Origin: an uncultured archaeon
GTDB taxonomy: Archaea; Iainarchaeota; Iainarchaeia; Iainarchaeales; CSSED10-239
Direction of reading: 5' to 3'
Assembly: GCA_964496765.1 (NCBI GenBank)
Contig: CAZCAP010000004.1
Coordinates: 1-32,000, forward strand
Length of the DNA stretch: 32,000 nucleotides
A model generated the notes under the pieces. It searched no databases. It was given only the letters and a program-made list of their open reading frames with translations, and was not told the origin of the DNA. Below, one piece after another: positions 1-9,014 of the stretch (positions within the stretch are counted from its first letter, which is position 1; each line of letters starts with the position of its first letter). The translations under genes were made by a program, and so were the position numbers.

Positions 1-54
1 TGCGACCGCTCGATTATCAGTCGAGTGCTCGAAACCAGACTAAGCTACACTCCC
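1..54 (-). tRNA. tRNA-Ile (anticodon GAU), 5' portion only; the 3' part lies beyond the window edge
   Basis: Reverse complement of 1-54 reads GGGAGTG-TA-GCTT-AGTCTGGTTTC-GAGC-A-CTCGA-CTGATAA-TCGAG-CGGTC-GCA. The D and anticodon stems pair. The 7-nt loop CT-GAT-AA gives anticodon GAT. Confidence 0.8.
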
Positions 55-146
55 ATATAATTACAAAACTAAACGAATAGAAATATACAATTATATTCTT
101 CTATTAAATAATCTATATTAAAAACATATAAAAAACCTTCTTTTGC

Positions 147-159
147 TTTAATTATATAT
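147..159 (+). promoter_or_regulatory. Candidate TATA box for tRNA-Gln
   Basis: TTTAATTATATAT is centred about 26 nt upstream of tRNA position 1 (nt 180), the usual archaeal TATA spacing. AT-rich background makes this weak. Confidence 0.3.
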
Positions 160-179
160 CCACCACAAGAATAAATAAT

Positions 180-252
180 AGCCCGATAGTGTAGAGGCCA
201 AGCATGCAGGGCTTTGAACCCTGCGACAGGAGTTCGAATCTCCTTCGGGCTA
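180..252 (+). tRNA. tRNA-Gln (anticodon UUG)
   Basis: Full cloverleaf: acceptor AGCCCGA/TCGGGCT (A1-U72), D stem GTGT/GCAT with wobble pairs, D loop AGAGGCCAA. Anticodon stem CAGGG/CCCTG, loop CT-TTG-AA (anticodon at 214-216). T stem AGGAG/CTCCT, T loop TTCGAAT, discriminator A. No encoded CCA. Confidence 0.85.
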
Positions 253-288
253 TTAATACTTTTAAAAAAGATTAAAATAGAGATTGAT

Positions 289-498
289 ATGGGAATTACA
301 AATTTATTCGGGTTTGGAAAGAAGAAAGACGACAAACCAAAAGAAAATATTGAAGAAATTGATTTAACCAACTCTAAATATAAAACCGAAACATGTGCTC
401 TTTGTTCAAAACCAGGATGTGATAAGAAATGGGGCGGACAATATTGGCATAAAAAATGTTTAAGATCAGCAAAGGGTATGGCAAAAGGAATGGTTTAA
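289..498 (+). CDS. Small Cys/His-containing protein (69 aa), possible zinc-binding; hypothetical
   Basis: Internal ATG of track ORF 214..498; the upstream part overlaps the tRNA. Sequence MGITNLFGFGKKKDDKPKEN...CALCSKPGCDKKWGGQYWHKKC has a CxxC...C...HxxC pattern. Its stop lies 1 nt before the next ATG. Confidence 0.5.
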   Translation: MGITNLFGFGKKKDDKPKENIEEIDLTNSKYKTETCALCSKPGCDKKWGGQYWHKKCLRSAKGMAKGMV

Positions 499-499
499 A

Positions 500-643
500 A
501 TGAGTAAATTCAGATCTATAGCTCAATTTAAAAAAACCGCTCCAAAAAGAAAAAAGAAAGACAGTAAAACAATTACGACAAATAAAATTCGCAGCGGAAA
601 AGCAAAAGATTTATTTTATAAGTTTTTGAAAGAAACTAAATAA
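500..643 (+). CDS. Lys-rich micro-protein, paralog 1 (47 aa), not in the ORF track
   Basis: ATG at 500, TAA at 641-643. MSKFRSIAQFKKTAPKRKKKDSKTITTNKIRSGKAKDLFYKFLKETK. About 50% identical to the next ORF. Confidence 0.45.
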   Translation: MSKFRSIAQFKKTAPKRKKKDSKTITTNKIRSGKAKDLFYKFLKETK

Positions 644-661
644 TAAAAGAGATGATATGAA

Positions 662-817
662 TTGGCGAGATTTAAAAGTGTGAATCAGTTTAAAGCTTTA
701 CTTCCAAAAAGTAAGAAAAGGGACTGTAAAACATTCATTACAGCAAAAATACGTAAAGGCAAAGCAAAAGATAAACTCTATAAATTTATTTCTTCAAGAA
801 CACCGAAAGAAAAATAA
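662..817 (+). CDS. Lys-rich micro-protein, paralog 2 (51 aa, TTG start), not in the ORF track
   Basis: TTG at 662 follows an in-frame TGA at 653 and an SD-like GAGATGA. (M)ARFKSVNQFKALLPKSKKRDCKTFITAKIRKGKAKDKLYKFISSRTPKEK. Shares F-x-S-x-x-QFK...PK-x-KK-x-D-x-KT...KIR-x-GKAKD...YKF with paralog 1. Confidence 0.4.
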   Translation: MARFKSVNQFKALLPKSKKRDCKTFITAKIRKGKAKDKLYKFISSRTPKEK

Positions 818-851
818 CTATTTTTAAAAAAATTAGAAAAGATGAAAGATT

Positions 852-1361
852 CTATCTTCCACCATGCACGTTAAATATATCATCTTTGATTTTGGATTTG
901 CAGCTGGTAATATTTTCTAAATAAATATTTAAGTTTCTTTCAATATCATTTAATTCAGTAACTAAATCCTTTTCCTTACCAGCAACAAGATATTCTTCCT
1001 CTCTTAAACCTCTTAATTGTCCTAGTTCTCTTTTTATTATTATTAATCTTTTAAGAGCATAATAGTAGGCAGTATAATTATCCATCATGTCATTAAATAA
1101 TGGTTTTGTAACATCATTCTTTAGAACTTTTCTTCCTTCAAACAAAAAATGACTTTGTTGTTTTGTTCCAAACTTAGTCCCAGACATTACTTCATCAATT
1201 ACTTTTAAATGGGCAATAAGCCAATCAACTGGTTTATCTGAATATTTTTTATAGTCAGTAAATGATCTAGTTTTAGAAAGTTTTGATTCTTTAATCATCC
1301 TTTCATCAATAACAACATTACCTGCTTTCTTATTTTTCTTGAAGATATCAAAAATAGCCAT
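852..1361 (-). CDS. Hypothetical protein (169 aa)
   Basis: ATG start preceded by GGGTGATT (SD-like) 4 nt upstream. I recognise no family motif. Confidence 0.6.
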   Translation of the reverse strand: MAIFDIFKKNKKAGNVVIDERMIKESKLSKTRSFTDYKKYSDKPVDWLIAHLKVIDEVMSGTKFGTKQQSHFLFEGRKVLKNDVTKPLFNDMMDNYTAYYYALKRLIIIKRELGQLRGLREEEYLVAGKEKDLVTELNDIERNLNIYLENITSCKSKIKDDIFNVHGGR

Positions 1362-1474
1362 TTCAAATCACCCTTGGTATATACCTGTTCACCTTAAATA
1401 TATTTTTAAGTTTCTTAATATATATGGGTGATTAAGTTTAAAAATCAATATTGTTGGACAAAATACAATAATAC

Positions 1475-1999
1475 CTAGGAAATATCGAATTTTTTTAAGA
1501 GTTTTTCCTTAATAATCACTTTTTTAAGCTGAATTGTAAGCTCCTTTGGAGAAATGGAACAAACCTTGAAATCAAGTGGTAGATCCCACCCAACATCCCC
1601 TGAAAATCTAGGGAGGATATGAAAATGGAGGTGAAGCATGCTTTCTCCAGCTACTTTACCTACAGAACAACCTATATTATATCCCTCTGGTTTCATAAAT
1701 ACCTTAAGCGCAAATATTGAAAGATCCATTAAATTAAATAACTCTATTCTTTCGTTTGTGGTTAATGAATTTATATCATTAACATGACGTTTGGGGATAA
1801 TTAAAAGATGACCCGTTGCATAGGGGAATTTATTTGCTTGAATAAAACAAGTCTTACCTTCAAGAACTAATAAGTTTGGATCTATTTTTTTAATATTACA
1901 AAAGGAACAGGTTTTTGTAGACTTACTTTTTTCTTCTAGATTGCTTGTAACATACTCCTGTCTCCAGGGAGCATAAAGTATTTTTTTTCTTTCAACCAT
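1475..1999 (-). CDS. HIT (histidine triad) family nucleotide hydrolase/transferase
   Basis: Histidine triad HLHFHILPR near the C-terminus and an N-terminal YAPWRQEYV block typical of HIT proteins. Confidence 0.85.
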   Translation of the reverse strand: MVERKKILYAPWRQEYVTSNLEEKSKSTKTCSFCNIKKIDPNLLVLEGKTCFIQANKFPYATGHLLIIPKRHVNDINSLTTNERIELFNLMDLSIFALKVFMKPEGYNIGCSVGKVAGESMLHLHFHILPRFSGDVGWDLPLDFKVCSISPKELTIQLKKVIIKEKLLKKFDIS

Positions 2000-2009
2000 A
2001 GATTATCAA

Positions 2010-3944
2010 TCATTTATTTTTTTCTAAGAATTCTTTTAAGTTCTTGTTTAAGCTTTTAGATAAAATTTGCCCATCAATTAGTCCTTTTGTTTTTGACATG
2101 AGACGACCCATGAGTAAACCAATTGCTCTTTCTCTTTGTTTTAAGACAGTTTCTTTATTTTCATTAATTACTTCAATAGCTAGTGAATCAACATCAATAT
2201 CTTTTTTGCTTGCACCAACTCCAAATTTTTCAAGTATAAGTTTAATTGATTTTTTTGTATCCAGGTATTCTACAAACACATCATTAAATTTTGTTTTTGG
2301 AATTTCAGTAACCTCTTTTTGAGAAAAGAAAGAATAAAGAGTATCATCCTCTAGGTAATCAAGATTGATCTTCTTTTCTCTCTGAAGTTTTGTTAAATCT
2401 TCTAAAAGGAAAACACACAAGGTTGTTGGGTTGATGTTATTAGTTGTTACAATTTGCTCAAACACAGGAGCAAAGTTTGAAAGAAGCATCTTATCTGCAA
2501 GCTGTGAATTTATTTTATAATTATTTAAATACAACTCTTTTCTTTTATCAAGAGATAATGGAGTTTCTTTATTCATTCTATCCACAAGCTCTGGAAGGAA
2601 ATCAATTGGAGAAATATCTGTTTCTGGATACATTCTTGCAGAACCTGAAAGAGGTCTTTGGTATTCTGTGTTTCCCTGGGGAGTTGCTATTCTTGTTTCT
2701 TCAGGGACACCAACTAGTAATTGATTTAATCTGTTCTCAATAATCTCTTTAACATAATTAATTTCAGATGGAGCAGAAATTATCAGAATAAAAGAATCCT
2801 CTTCTTTTAATTGTAATTTTGTTTTAATAGTAGTTACATCTATTTCTGTGATTCCATAGTTTGGAAGCTCATCTAAATGAAATAATCCTTTTAGAGTAGT
2901 CTTCATTTTTAAAATATTTGCAATCTCTGTTCCTACTCTTCTTTCTGGTTGAACCTCATAGCCAAGGATTCCTTTGAAATTTGGAAGAGGGAAACAAAAT
3001 ATTTTCCTTCCTTGGGCAAGCGATTCTTTAATCATTTTTGATTCGCTTGATTTAAAGATATCTGTTACATCTACTTCACTTAAAACAACATTTTTAATTT
3101 CCCTTAATTTTAATTCATCTCTCACTTGTAATAAAGATAATTGTCTTACTATTTCTCGTTTAACAATCTCTGGTATTAGATCAAGATCCTGGGCACCCTT
3201 TATCTCTGTTCTTGTTCCTCCTTTGATTGAGATGTTTATGTCTTGTCTAATTGAACCAAGACCTCTCTTGGTTTTTCCTGTGGATCTAAATAACTGTCCA
3301 AGAAACATAGCAGTCTTTTTAACATCCTCTGGTGTATATATATCATGCCAGGCAACCACTTCAATCAATGGAGTCCCTAGTCTATCTAGAGAATAAACAA
3401 CTTCCTTTTCTCCTCTTTCAATTACTCTTGCTGCATCCTCTTCTAATAATATCTTGTTTATTCTAACTCTCCCGAAATCCATATCAATATAGCCATTGGT
3501 TGAGATCATCATTGTTCTTTGGAATCCAGAAACATTTGAACCATCAATTACCTGCTTTCTCATAACATAGGTTCTATCAACAATTGTTGAATTAGTTAAT
3601 TTTGAAATAATCATAGAAATTACAAGTGCATCCCTATTTGGTTGAAGAGGTGGTTGACAATCAAGTTCAACTAAACAATTACAGGAATCATATCCCAGAT
3701 AGGTAAATGTTTTATCTCTCTTTTGCTCATGGCTTGCAGTTGCATCAACCTCTCCAGCTTCAGAAGTAACTGCATGAAGCTTTCTTGAAACAGAAAAATC
3801 AGGTATAGTATCATCTCTAATTAAAAAAGATTTACAATTACAAAATAATTTATTTGTGTTAAGCTGTTGGTGAAGTTCAAGCCCACACATTAAACCAAGT
3901 GATTTGTAATCTAAATTATTTATATCTATTTTTGTTAAAACCAT
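2010..3944 (-). CDS. gatE: Glutamyl-tRNA(Gln) amidotransferase subunit E (archaeal GatE)
   Basis: 644 aa with an N-terminal GLMCGLELHQQL GatB/E signature. Length and position next to gatD fit. Confidence 0.9.
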   Translation of the reverse strand: MVLTKIDINNLDYKSLGLMCGLELHQQLNTNKLFCNCKSFLIRDDTIPDFSVSRKLHAVTSEAGEVDATASHEQKRDKTFTYLGYDSCNCLVELDCQPPLQPNRDALVISMIISKLTNSTIVDRTYVMRKQVIDGSNVSGFQRTMMISTNGYIDMDFGRVRINKILLEEDAARVIERGEKEVVYSLDRLGTPLIEVVAWHDIYTPEDVKKTAMFLGQLFRSTGKTKRGLGSIRQDINISIKGGTRTEIKGAQDLDLIPEIVKREIVRQLSLLQVRDELKLREIKNVVLSEVDVTDIFKSSESKMIKESLAQGRKIFCFPLPNFKGILGYEVQPERRVGTEIANILKMKTTLKGLFHLDELPNYGITEIDVTTIKTKLQLKEEDSFILIISAPSEINYVKEIIENRLNQLLVGVPEETRIATPQGNTEYQRPLSGSARMYPETDISPIDFLPELVDRMNKETPLSLDKRKELYLNNYKINSQLADKMLLSNFAPVFEQIVTTNNINPTTLCVFLLEDLTKLQREKKINLDYLEDDTLYSFFSQKEVTEIPKTKFNDVFVEYLDTKKSIKLILEKFGVGASKKDIDVDSLAIEVINENKETVLKQRERAIGLLMGRLMSKTKGLIDGQILSKSLNKNLKEFLEKNK

Positions 3945-3953
3945 AATAATTTC

Positions 3954-5321
3954 TCATTCCATTGAATTTTCAAAGTATTCTGGGTCTTCTTTTTCAGTTA
4001 TTTCTCCAGAAATGTTTTTTTTCATATAATTAATTATATCTTCTCTTTTTTTAAATCTAGAAAGAGCACAACCTAATTTAATGTAGCCAACCTCTGGAAG
4101 CATATCATGAGACTCTAAATATTCTGCTCCCGCATCATTTGCATATCTTAGATTAGCATAAACCTTTCCATTAACTCTCCCAAATAAGCATTGGGATGTA
4201 ATTATAACTATTATTCCCTTCTTTGTTGCCTCTACAATAAAAGGAAGCCATTGTTTTTCTTCAGGTAAATTTTGAGTTGTTCCACCAATTCCTGTTGGAA
4301 CATGACCAAGCCCAGTTCCTTCAAGCACTAATCCTCTATAGCCTTTTTCAATATACCAATTAATAACAAATGGATCTGAATTAGGATAAACTTTAATTAA
4401 TGCAACCTTGTCCTCAAAGGAATTTTTTAATAGTGGTTGCTGATTGTCCAACATTTGTTGCAATTTAGTTTTATCAATCATGAATTCAATATTCCCATTA
4501 AAATAAACTTTTGCTATTGGAGAATCATTGACTGCTCTAAAAGCATCTCTTCTTGATGTGTGCATTTTTCTTGATTTTGTTGCTCTAATAACATAGCAAA
4601 AATCATCATTAATCGAACCATGCATAACAGTAAAAACACCAGCTATCTTTTCTTTAACAAAATGAGCAGCACATATTAAATTCATTCGTCCATCAAAGCT
4701 AGCTCTATCAGGTGATCTCTGTGCTCCAACCAAAAGAACAGGTTTGTTTATGTTCTCAATCATAAAAGAGATTGCTGTTCCTGTATAGGAAAGAGTATCT
4801 GTTCCATGGGTAATAATCACTCCATCAATATCCTTATTTATTATTGAATTAAATACCTTTTCTGATAATTCTTTCCAATCCCCTGCAAAGAAGTCTTCGG
4901 ATGGTTTAATAAAAGGAGATTTTATTTCTTTAATGTTTACAATTGATGCAAGTTCAGGAACTGTTCCAATTATTTCTTCTGGCGTTCTACACATAAACAC
5001 AGCACCAGTATTATAATCAACGTGGGTTCCAATGGTTCCACCAGTTCCAATATATGCTATTGATGGAAGATCTTTATTTATTGTTGGATTTATCTTTGGA
5101 ATGGAACCAAGATTCACTTTTTCTTTAAACTTTTCAATTTTTGTTTTAGCGTCAATGGAAACATCTATGTTATATCCATTATCCACAAGCTTGATTTTTA
5201 AAGCATCAGGAGATATATCTACCACATAACCCCTATATTCCATTTTTTTCCCATTAATCTCTTTTGAGATCAAAACCAGATATCCAATATCATCTTTTGA
5301 TAAATCAGTCATAACTATCAA
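3954..5321 (-). CDS. gatD: Glutamyl-tRNA(Gln) amidotransferase subunit D (GatD, asparaginase-like)
   Basis: Asparaginase motifs IGTGGTIG and HGTDT; about 450 aa; directly upstream of gatE. The track start is TTG; the ATG at 5312 (MTDLSKDD) is an equally plausible start. Confidence 0.9.
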   Translation of the reverse strand: MIVMTDLSKDDIGYLVLISKEINGKKMEYRGYVVDISPDALKIKLVDNGYNIDVSIDAKTKIEKFKEKVNLGSIPKINPTINKDLPSIAYIGTGGTIGTHVDYNTGAVFMCRTPEEIIGTVPELASIVNIKEIKSPFIKPSEDFFAGDWKELSEKVFNSIINKDIDGVIITHGTDTLSYTGTAISFMIENINKPVLLVGAQRSPDRASFDGRMNLICAAHFVKEKIAGVFTVMHGSINDDFCYVIRATKSRKMHTSRRDAFRAVNDSPIAKVYFNGNIEFMIDKTKLQQMLDNQQPLLKNSFEDKVALIKVYPNSDPFVINWYIEKGYRGLVLEGTGLGHVPTGIGGTTQNLPEEKQWLPFIVEATKKGIIVIITSQCLFGRVNGKVYANLRYANDAGAEYLESHDMLPEVGYIKLGCALSRFKKREDIINYMKKNISGEITEKEDPEYFENSME

Positions 5322-5365
5322 TAATATAGTATATATAAATAATTAAAAACATTGGTTTTATGTAT

Positions 5366-5899
5366 TTATTTTCTAAGTTTGAATATTTTTGGTGGAGCAA
5401 GAATATTTGAATGTCCCATGTAATTTAAAAAGAAAACAATAATGCTCGCAAAAAGCTTTGCAATAATAGAATATAACCCAAACAATTCAATAAAAAGACT
5501 AATTAGAATAAGAGTCGCAATCAACCCTGTTATTGAAACCATTGAATACTTGAAAAAAGAAGACAATAGCTTCCAAAAATTGTTAGTTGGATACTTGAAA
5601 GTAAAATGCTTATGTAAATTGAAATTAGTAAACATTCCTGCTAGATATGAAATTATTGCAGATATGATATAAAACACATCAAAAAGAGAAGTTAGAATAA
5701 AAAACAACGCAAAATCAACAATTTCTCCAAACAAACTCAAAGAAAGATACTTGAGATTTGTCTTATATCTATAAATTAGAGGAATAGACACTAACCAATA
5801 ATAAATTCTATGAAATATTGATCTTCTTTTATAAATGAGCAGAGACTTAGTGAACTTACAATTGTCTGGTATACAATCTTTTTCTTTCTTTTGTGTCAT
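5366..5899 (-). CDS. GtrA-like small membrane protein
   Basis: Four predicted TM helices with repeated ...NF-x-x-H/N-K/S-x-x-F motifs (MFTNFNLHKHFTF; FFLNYMGHSN), as in the GtrA family. Confidence 0.55.
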   Translation of the reverse strand: MTQKKEKDCIPDNCKFTKSLLIYKRRSIFHRIYYWLVSIPLIYRYKTNLKYLSLSLFGEIVDFALFFILTSLFDVFYIISAIISYLAGMFTNFNLHKHFTFKYPTNNFWKLLSSFFKYSMVSITGLIATLILISLFIELFGLYSIIAKLFASIIVFFLNYMGHSNILAPPKIFKLRK

Positions 5900-6000
5900 T
5901 GTTTCCTGTCCATATTGTTTGAATTAATAATTAGCTATAATCCTAAATGTTATATATATACTATATTTAGTTTAAAAAGATTTCTCAACATATATACTAT

Positions 6001-7413
6001 ATGAAACCAAAATATAATTTAAAAGAAACAGATGTTGAAGCATATCTGGAAAAAGTAAAAGGATATCTTGAAAAAAAGAACATAGATTATTATGACATTC
6101 GTCTTGAAAAAAGTAAGAAAACAGGAATAGTTATAGATAATGATAAAGCAAGAATTATTGGAGATAATGAGATTATAGGAATTGGAATTAGAATCTATAA
6201 AAACAAAAAACTAGGGTTTTGTTCAACAACCAATCTTGAAAATTACAAACCAATAATTGATGAATGTATTAGGACTACAGATAAATTAACTAAAAAAACA
6301 GATTTAATGAATTTTGCATCAAATAAAGCAACTATAAAATATAAACACAAAAGCTTTGAAGATGTTTCTCTTGAACAGAAAGTTAATGAACTTATTAAAA
6401 TTAATAAGGAAGTCATTAATACTGAAAACAAAGACTATAAATTATTAGAATCAGAAATCAGGTATAAGGAAGAATACACAGAAAACTATTTTGTTAATCC
6501 ATGGAGTTATATTTACCAAGACGAACCCTATACAATGATTTATTCTCTAATGACTGGAAAAAGAAATGGAATTATTGAAACAAATCTTCATAGAGCTTGT
6601 GAAAAAAGTGGACTTGAATCAGTTACCTTTGAAAAAAAAAATAATTTACTTATAGAGAACAAAAGAATATTGGGAGAACTATTATTTTCAAAACCCTGTC
6701 CAGCAATAAAAACAGATATACTATTAGATCAGGAGATTGTTGGACTTTTTGCTCACGAAGCAATAGGGCATCCCTGTGAAGCAGATGCTAAATTAGTAAA
6801 TGCAACTGTGCTTAAGAAAAAAGGAATAGTACTCACAAAAAACAAAGAGGTTACAATTGTTGATGATCCAACTATTAATGGATTTGGGCATTTCGTGTAT
6901 GATGATGAGGGAATAAAAGCTAAAAAAACAACTCTAATAAAAAACGGGATTGTAAATGAATATATGACAAACATTGAGACAGCAACATCGGAAAAGGAAA
7001 AATCAAATGGGTCAGCAAGGGCAGAAAATTTTTCAGCACCCCCAATTGTAAGAATGAGTAATACTTTCTTCTTACCGGGAAAGGATAAACACAAAGATAT
7101 GTTAACTAATTTTAGTGGTTTTTATCTTAAAGGTTTTGCTGGAGGTATGGTTGATCCTTCAATTGGCACCTTTATGTTTGGAATAAAACAAGCAATTAAA
7201 TATGATAGGGGAAAGATTGTTGGAAAATTTAAACAAGCATCAATTTCAGGGAACATTTTAACCTATTTAGATAACATTACAAAAATTGGGGATAACCAAA
7301 ATGTTGGAGGATCTGGTTTTTGTGGGAAGAATAACCAGACAGCATATGTTGGAGATGGAGGCCCAATCTTAAAAATAGATAACGTAATGGTTGGTGGAAC
7401 AAAACATGAATAA
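6001..7413 (+). CDS. tldD: TldD-family metalloprotease
   Basis: HEAIGHPCEAD (HExxxH) metal-binding motif; 470 aa; followed by its PmbA partner. Confidence 0.85.
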   Translation: MKPKYNLKETDVEAYLEKVKGYLEKKNIDYYDIRLEKSKKTGIVIDNDKARIIGDNEIIGIGIRIYKNKKLGFCSTTNLENYKPIIDECIRTTDKLTKKTDLMNFASNKATIKYKHKSFEDVSLEQKVNELIKINKEVINTENKDYKLLESEIRYKEEYTENYFVNPWSYIYQDEPYTMIYSLMTGKRNGIIETNLHRACEKSGLESVTFEKKNNLLIENKRILGELLFSKPCPAIKTDILLDQEIVGLFAHEAIGHPCEADAKLVNATVLKKKGIVLTKNKEVTIVDDPTINGFGHFVYDDEGIKAKKTTLIKNGIVNEYMTNIETATSEKEKSNGSARAENFSAPPIVRMSNTFFLPGKDKHKDMLTNFSGFYLKGFAGGMVDPSIGTFMFGIKQAIKYDRGKIVGKFKQASISGNILTYLDNITKIGDNQNVGGSGFCGKNNQTAYVGDGGPILKIDNVMVGGTKHE

Positions 7414-8698
7414 AGAAGAAATTTATAATTTTTGTGAAAAAATTTCAAAAAAAGAAAATATTGAGTTTATATACTATTCAGGAAAGAAAACAAATATTGA
7501 TTTTGAGAAATTCGATGTTACTAAGAGTACAAACATTGAAAGTACTGCTCTTTATATAAGGGTTATTGTAAATGGGCAAATAGGATTTTACACCATTACA
7601 GAAATAAATGAAAAGAATATAAGAAATGGTATTAATAAAGCAAAGAAAATTGCAAAATTAAAGAATGATATTAAAATAAAAGATTTTGGAAATGCAAAAC
7701 CAAAATCACATATTCATTTTGATAAACAAATAAAAAATATAGATTTCACAGGTCTAATCCCAGATATTAAAAAACAGTTAACTAAAGACAAATACATTAC
7801 TTCCTACGAGGGAAACCTAAACAAGATGGATAACTATGAGTTTTATATTAATCCCTACACACGCAAAGAAGAAGAAAAATCAAGTATTAATCTGGGAGTA
7901 TCTGTAATTACTAAGGACAAAACACAATCTAGTGCATCCTATTCAAACACATTCACAAAAGCAGAGGATATAGATATTAAAAGAACATTTAATCAAGCAA
8001 AACATGATGCTAATCTATTACTAAATCCAAAATCAGGAAAAGAAGGGGAGTACACACTAATTTTCACTCCTGATGTATTCAATAATCTACTTTCTGGACT
8101 AATAATACCAGCAACAGTAGGAGAAAATATTGAAAAAAAAGAATCATATTTACATTCGTTTATTGGGAAAAAAGTATTTTCAAACAAACTAACAATAAAT
8201 GAAGAACCACACATAGATGATTTTACAAGTTCCTGTTCAATGGATGATGAAGGATTTAAAACGGAAAGAAAAACAATATTTGATGCAGGTATTTTCCAAA
8301 CTCCAATCTATGATCAATACAATGCAACAAAATACAATAAAAAAACAACAGGAAATGGATTTAGAGTTGGAAGCACAATTTCTTGTAATCACACTAATTT
8401 AATTCAACTTCCTGGACATCATAGTATTGATGATATAATATCTAAAACAAAAAAAGGAATACTTGTTTATTCTCTTCTTGGGATGCACACAAATAAGATT
8501 ACAACAGGTGATTTTTCATTAATTATTGGAGCAGGAAAAGAAATAATTAATGGACAATTTAAAAACACAATTACAAACCTAAGATTTACTGGAAATATTA
8601 TAGACACACTAAAAGATATTTATTTTTCTAGAGAGCAAAAATTTAATGGAAATGGATTATTTTCATTTGGGATCATTCCAAAAATCAGAGTGATATAA
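7406..8698 (+). CDS. pmbA: PmbA/TldE-family protease partner
   Basis: About 430 aa paralog of TldD lacking the HExxxH motif. The ATG at 7406 overlaps the tldD stop (ATGAATAA); the track TTG start at 7391 is less likely. Confidence 0.8.
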   Translation: MNKEEIYNFCEKISKKENIEFIYYSGKKTNIDFEKFDVTKSTNIESTALYIRVIVNGQIGFYTITEINEKNIRNGINKAKKIAKLKNDIKIKDFGNAKPKSHIHFDKQIKNIDFTGLIPDIKKQLTKDKYITSYEGNLNKMDNYEFYINPYTRKEEEKSSINLGVSVITKDKTQSSASYSNTFTKAEDIDIKRTFNQAKHDANLLLNPKSGKEGEYTLIFTPDVFNNLLSGLIIPATVGENIEKKESYLHSFIGKKVFSNKLTINEEPHIDDFTSSCSMDDEGFKTERKTIFDAGIFQTPIYDQYNATKYNKKTTGNGFRVGSTISCNHTNLIQLPGHHSIDDIISKTKKGILVYSLLGMHTNKITTGDFSLIIGAGKEIINGQFKNTITNLRFTGNIIDTLKDIYFSREQKFNGNGLFSFGIIPKIRVI

Positions 8699-8699
8699 T

Positions 8700-9014
8700 A
8701 TGGGAATCACATTGAAAAACATTAAGCGAGAGCAGCTTATCAAATCAACAAGGCCAAAACAAAAGAAAAGACCAATGGGCAATAAACAAATTTTAGATGA
8801 AATTAAATACAGATTAAAACCACAAACAATTGGACTTAACCCAAAAGAGATCAGAAAATTACAAATATCAACTGTTGAGAATTTTTCAACTAATTTTCTT
8901 AAATTTAGAAGAAAGAATAAAAGAAATCCAAATAATTCAGAAATACAGCAGCTGATAACCAAAGCAATAGCAGAAACATATTTGGCATTGAGAAAAAAGA
9001 GAACACAAGAATGA
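8700..9014 (+). CDS. Hypothetical basic protein (104 aa)
   Basis: Starts 2 nt after the pmbA stop and overlaps the nth start by 4 nt (ATGA), so it appears translationally coupled. Lys/Arg-rich, no motif recognised. Confidence 0.5.
   Translation: MGITLKNIKREQLIKSTRPKQKKRPMGNKQILDEIKYRLKPQTIGLNPKEIRKLQISTVENFSTNFLKFRRKNKRNPNNSEIQQLITKAIAETYLALRKKRTQE

Noticed and set aside
69-371. 100-aa minus-strand ORF from the track
   Set aside because: It runs antisense through the tRNA-Gln gene and its promoter, is low-complexity, and lacks any motif. It is an AT-rich shadow ORF.
1366-1433. 8-bp inverted repeat AATCACCC ... GGGTGATT separated by 52 nt
   Set aside because: The proximal arm is simply the GGTGAT Shine-Dalgarno of the 852-1361 gene on the minus strand. 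The distal copy is probably a coincidental SD-like string, and the long spacer argues against a stable hairpin.
2044-3396. Three plus-strand ORFs (92, 99 and 140 aa) inside gatE. Similar antisense ORFs occur inside gatD, tldD, pmbA, the GT2, ppaC, the PolB-like gene, the surface protein, TraB, Rpo7 and aIF5B.
   Set aside because: All lie antisense to, or out of frame within, well-supported genes and have Leu/Phe/Ser/Ile-rich shadow composition without motifs.
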